Of a stretch of 64,000 nt of DNA, positions 61,401-64,000 are shown one piece after another. The stretch covers positions 31,158,912-31,222,911 of the forward strand of contig NC_092675.1 of the NCBI RefSeq assembly GCF_964355755.1. The letters are read 5' to 3'. The notes beneath the pieces were generated by a model. That model was not told where the DNA came from, searched no databases, and saw only the letters and a program-made list of their open reading frames with translations. Position numbers and translations under genes: made by a program. The stretch comes from Antedon mediterranea (lineage: Eukaryota; Animalia; Echinodermata). Each line of letters starts with the position of its first letter. Within the stretch, counting starts at the first letter, position 1.

Positions 61401-64000
61401 ACTATATATTGAGGGTAAAAATTGTAATAAAATAGTTTGATTTTTGTTATTGCTTTGTATTTCAAGGTTTGCCTAAAGGTGTTATTCTGACCCATTCTAA
61501 TCTGATAGCTGATATTGCTGGTGTCTATGAGTACACAAAGGTTTGTTTAAAAAAACCATACAAATATATATGAATATATTCAATATTTTTTAACATAATG
61601 GTAATATTTTATCAGTGCCTTCCAGGCCTTTTGCATGGGAGGTTGTATTTTTTGCTAAATTTGCTGCATTTTTAGGGACTTCAGGATGGGAAGCCACAAG
61701 ACGGTGCTCATTTATGCATGCAAAGTGGGCGGAGCTTAGCATTCTGTCGTCTTAACTTTGTGAAGACTTAATTAATTAAAAAGAAATGTTATCTAACCAA
61801 ATTGTTTTTTAGGACTGTTTTTCAGTGGATCCAAGCTACAGCCACATATCGTACCTTCCACTTGCGCATATGTTTGAAAGAGCTATGCATGTGAGTAACA
61901 TACATATTTATATATGTGTTAGATGTTAAATAATAGAGTATTTGTAAATTAATTATAAACCGTTTTAATATTCATATATATATATATTGCAATGTACTTA
62001 ATGTTTTAGTTTAGTAGTTTAGTAATAGTATCATTATGTTGTTATTCTATTTTTTATAATTTGTTATTTTTTAATTTATGAATAACATTTTATTCTTTCT
62101 CTTGTTTTGTATTTGAGCTTAACTTACTTACAAACAACATATGGTTGAATTAAGTTTCTGTGAATGAATAAACTTATTTCTAGTATTATTTGAATAAACA
62201 CTGCCGGAGGACAATGTTTGATATTTGTTGTAACTTCCCAAAGCCATTGTTCATATTTAAAAAAGAAACCAACTGCTTAGGGGGAAATTCAATCAAATCA
62301 AATATTTTCAAATTATATGTAAACAAAATTCAAAAAATGTTATGTGATTACAAAATATTTAACTTTGAAAGTAATCTTTTTTATCTTTGTTGTGCGTTGC
62401 AGGGATTAGCTTACATCCATGGAGGTCGGGTTGGAATATTTCAGGGAAATCCCAAACTTCTAACTGATGACATACAAGCTCTAAAACCAGCTAGTTTTCC
62501 ATCGGTACCTCGAGTTCTCAATAGGATTTATGATAAGGTATAGCACAGGATTAACAAATAGTAATTGTTCATCTTCAAGAGAAGATCACTCAAGTTTCCT
62601 AAAATTTTGTTTTCAAATTTTGTGTTTATGTTTTTCGCTAAAATTGTTCTCTCCCAGTAACTCTATTTAAAGAAAATTCATAAAACTTTGTTTTTTTAAA
62701 TTTTGTATTTATGTTTTTAGCTAAGTAACTCTATTTAAAGAAAGATTGAAACTTTTTTCATTTTTTTAGCTTATTTTATTTGTATCTCGATTGAAATCCA
62801 CCCACTAACTTGGATTTATATACACACCTATATACATTACTCATTAAAAATAACATACTGTATTGATGTGTTTAAATAGGAATTGATTAAACCCAGTATT
62901 ATGAGTGGTTTTTCTGATTCAGGTGTCAATGAGGCATTAACTGCAATAATGATTTTGTTTAGGTGATGGGGCAAGTTAATTCTGCTTCATGGTTAAAAAA
63001 GAAAATGTTTTATATGGCATTGAATTCCAAGAGGAAGGCACTTGAAAGGTAAAACTTTGATACAAATAATGATTGTTCACTCAATTCAAAATTCATTTAT
63101 TTGAAACTTAATTTATTTAGGCCAAGGATAACTTAAAAATAATATTAAATAGTTTGCTACTATCAATTCAGTATGTCTGATCAACTTTTGAAATCTAAAA
63201 TTTAGGGGAGAAATCTGCTTTGACACAATTTGGGATAAACTGGTGTTCAAGAAAATTCAGGTAAACTTTTGAATTGTTTGTTTGTTAACATTCAGAGATG
63301 ATGGCAGACTTGAATTACCCAAAGATTTCACAAAATAAATGAATATTATAACTCTTTGTTGTTTTTTGTTTGTAGTTAATGTTAGGTGGGCAACTTAGAA
63401 TGATGATAGCTGCAGCTGCTCCTTTATCTCCTGAAAAAATGCTCTTCTTCAGGTCAGCAATGGGATGCTGGGTAAGGTCACAATTAACTTTACTTTAAGT
63501 AATGTCAACAAAGTAATGCAGTGGCATCGGTCGTTGATATGTTACCAATCTCAAATTCTGGGTTAAAATCTTGTCAGACATGGTTCCAGTATTTCTTGCC
63601 AGTACAGTGTCACTACTGTATGTAAGCCTCATGAGGTACTTGGTTTAGAAAACATTGGATTCCCATTCTTCAAGTTTTGTGCTTGCTGCTGGATGGTGTG
63701 TGAAACAAATAATGGTTTATATAGTCATTGTTTGAATTGACTGAGTCATGATGGAATGGCATGATTTTTTTAGCTATATTTGAGCTACAGAATCTACTGT
63801 TGTTTTTACATTTACCTACTAGATGTAAAGATTGATTTGAATTGATTTGTTATCATAGGTATTTGAAGGCTATGGTCAGACAGAATGCACAGCTGCATGT
63901 ACATTCACCTATCCAGGAGATGTATCTTTTGGACATGTTGGAAGTGTAATTCCATGTTGTATGATTAAGTTGGTTGATGTACCTGAAATGGAATACTTTG
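58455..64000 (+). CDS. ACSL1: Long-chain-fatty-acid--CoA ligase (ACSL1/5/6-like), truncated by the window end
   Basis: Exons 58455-58589 (N-terminal TM), 58845-58974, 59386-59453 (GPCLGWR..FQWLTY), 59864-59965, 60466-60565 (VPLYDTLG), 60916-61123, 61253-61304 and 61468-61540 (CYTSGTTG|LPKG), 61813-61890 (SYLPLAHMFER), 62403-62537 (PSVPRVLNRIYDK), 62963-63048, 63205-63260, 63376-63471 and 63859->end (EGYGQTEC). The start may lie upstream, and orthology among ACSL1/5/6 is unresolved. Confidence 0.92.
59072..59219. mobile_element. MITE (TAAAGCTCTGTCTACAC family), copy 3
   Basis: TIRs taaagctctgtctacattatc / gataatgtagacagagcttta. Confidence 0.8.
59654..59790 (+). mobile_element. tRNA-derived SINE
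   Basis: A-box-like tagcttggtgg and B-box-like agttcaatcc; homologous to 28345-28466. Confidence 0.55.
60665..60794. mobile_element. MITE (TAAAGCTCTGTCTACAC family), partial copy 4
   Basis: Internal sequence and right TIR (agacagagctt) are conserved; the left end is eroded. Confidence 0.65.

Overview
This is AT-rich eukaryotic genomic DNA with GT-AG introns, most likely from a marine invertebrate (an echinoderm-like deuterostome is an inference). Host genes, left to right: (1) a single-pass membrane protein with a motif-rich acidic tail (-); (2) a short Selenoprotein P with an in-frame TGA (UxxC) and a type II SECIS in its 3' UTR (-); (3) a secreted protein with three IgGFc-binding (FCGBP N-terminal) domains and two EGF modules (-); (4) an adhesion GPCR with two F5/8C domains, a PT stalk, GAIN/GPS and 7TM (-); (5) an ACSL-type long-chain acyl-CoA ligase running off the window end (+). 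The main structure is a ~15.7 kb Ginger1-type DNA transposon at 7046-22724, with TGTAA..TTACA TIRs and a CCGG target-site duplication. It encodes an intron-split, intact Gypsy-like integrase fused to an OTU protease. It also carries a solo-LTR-like sequence, a foldback element, two tRNA-Asp(ATC)-like genes, a decayed Cys-rich domain and a 132-bp satellite, and it sits just upstream of the SelP 5' exon. LINE fragments, SINEs, MITEs and minisatellites are also present. Exon boundaries were read by eye and checked for phase; no database searches were run.
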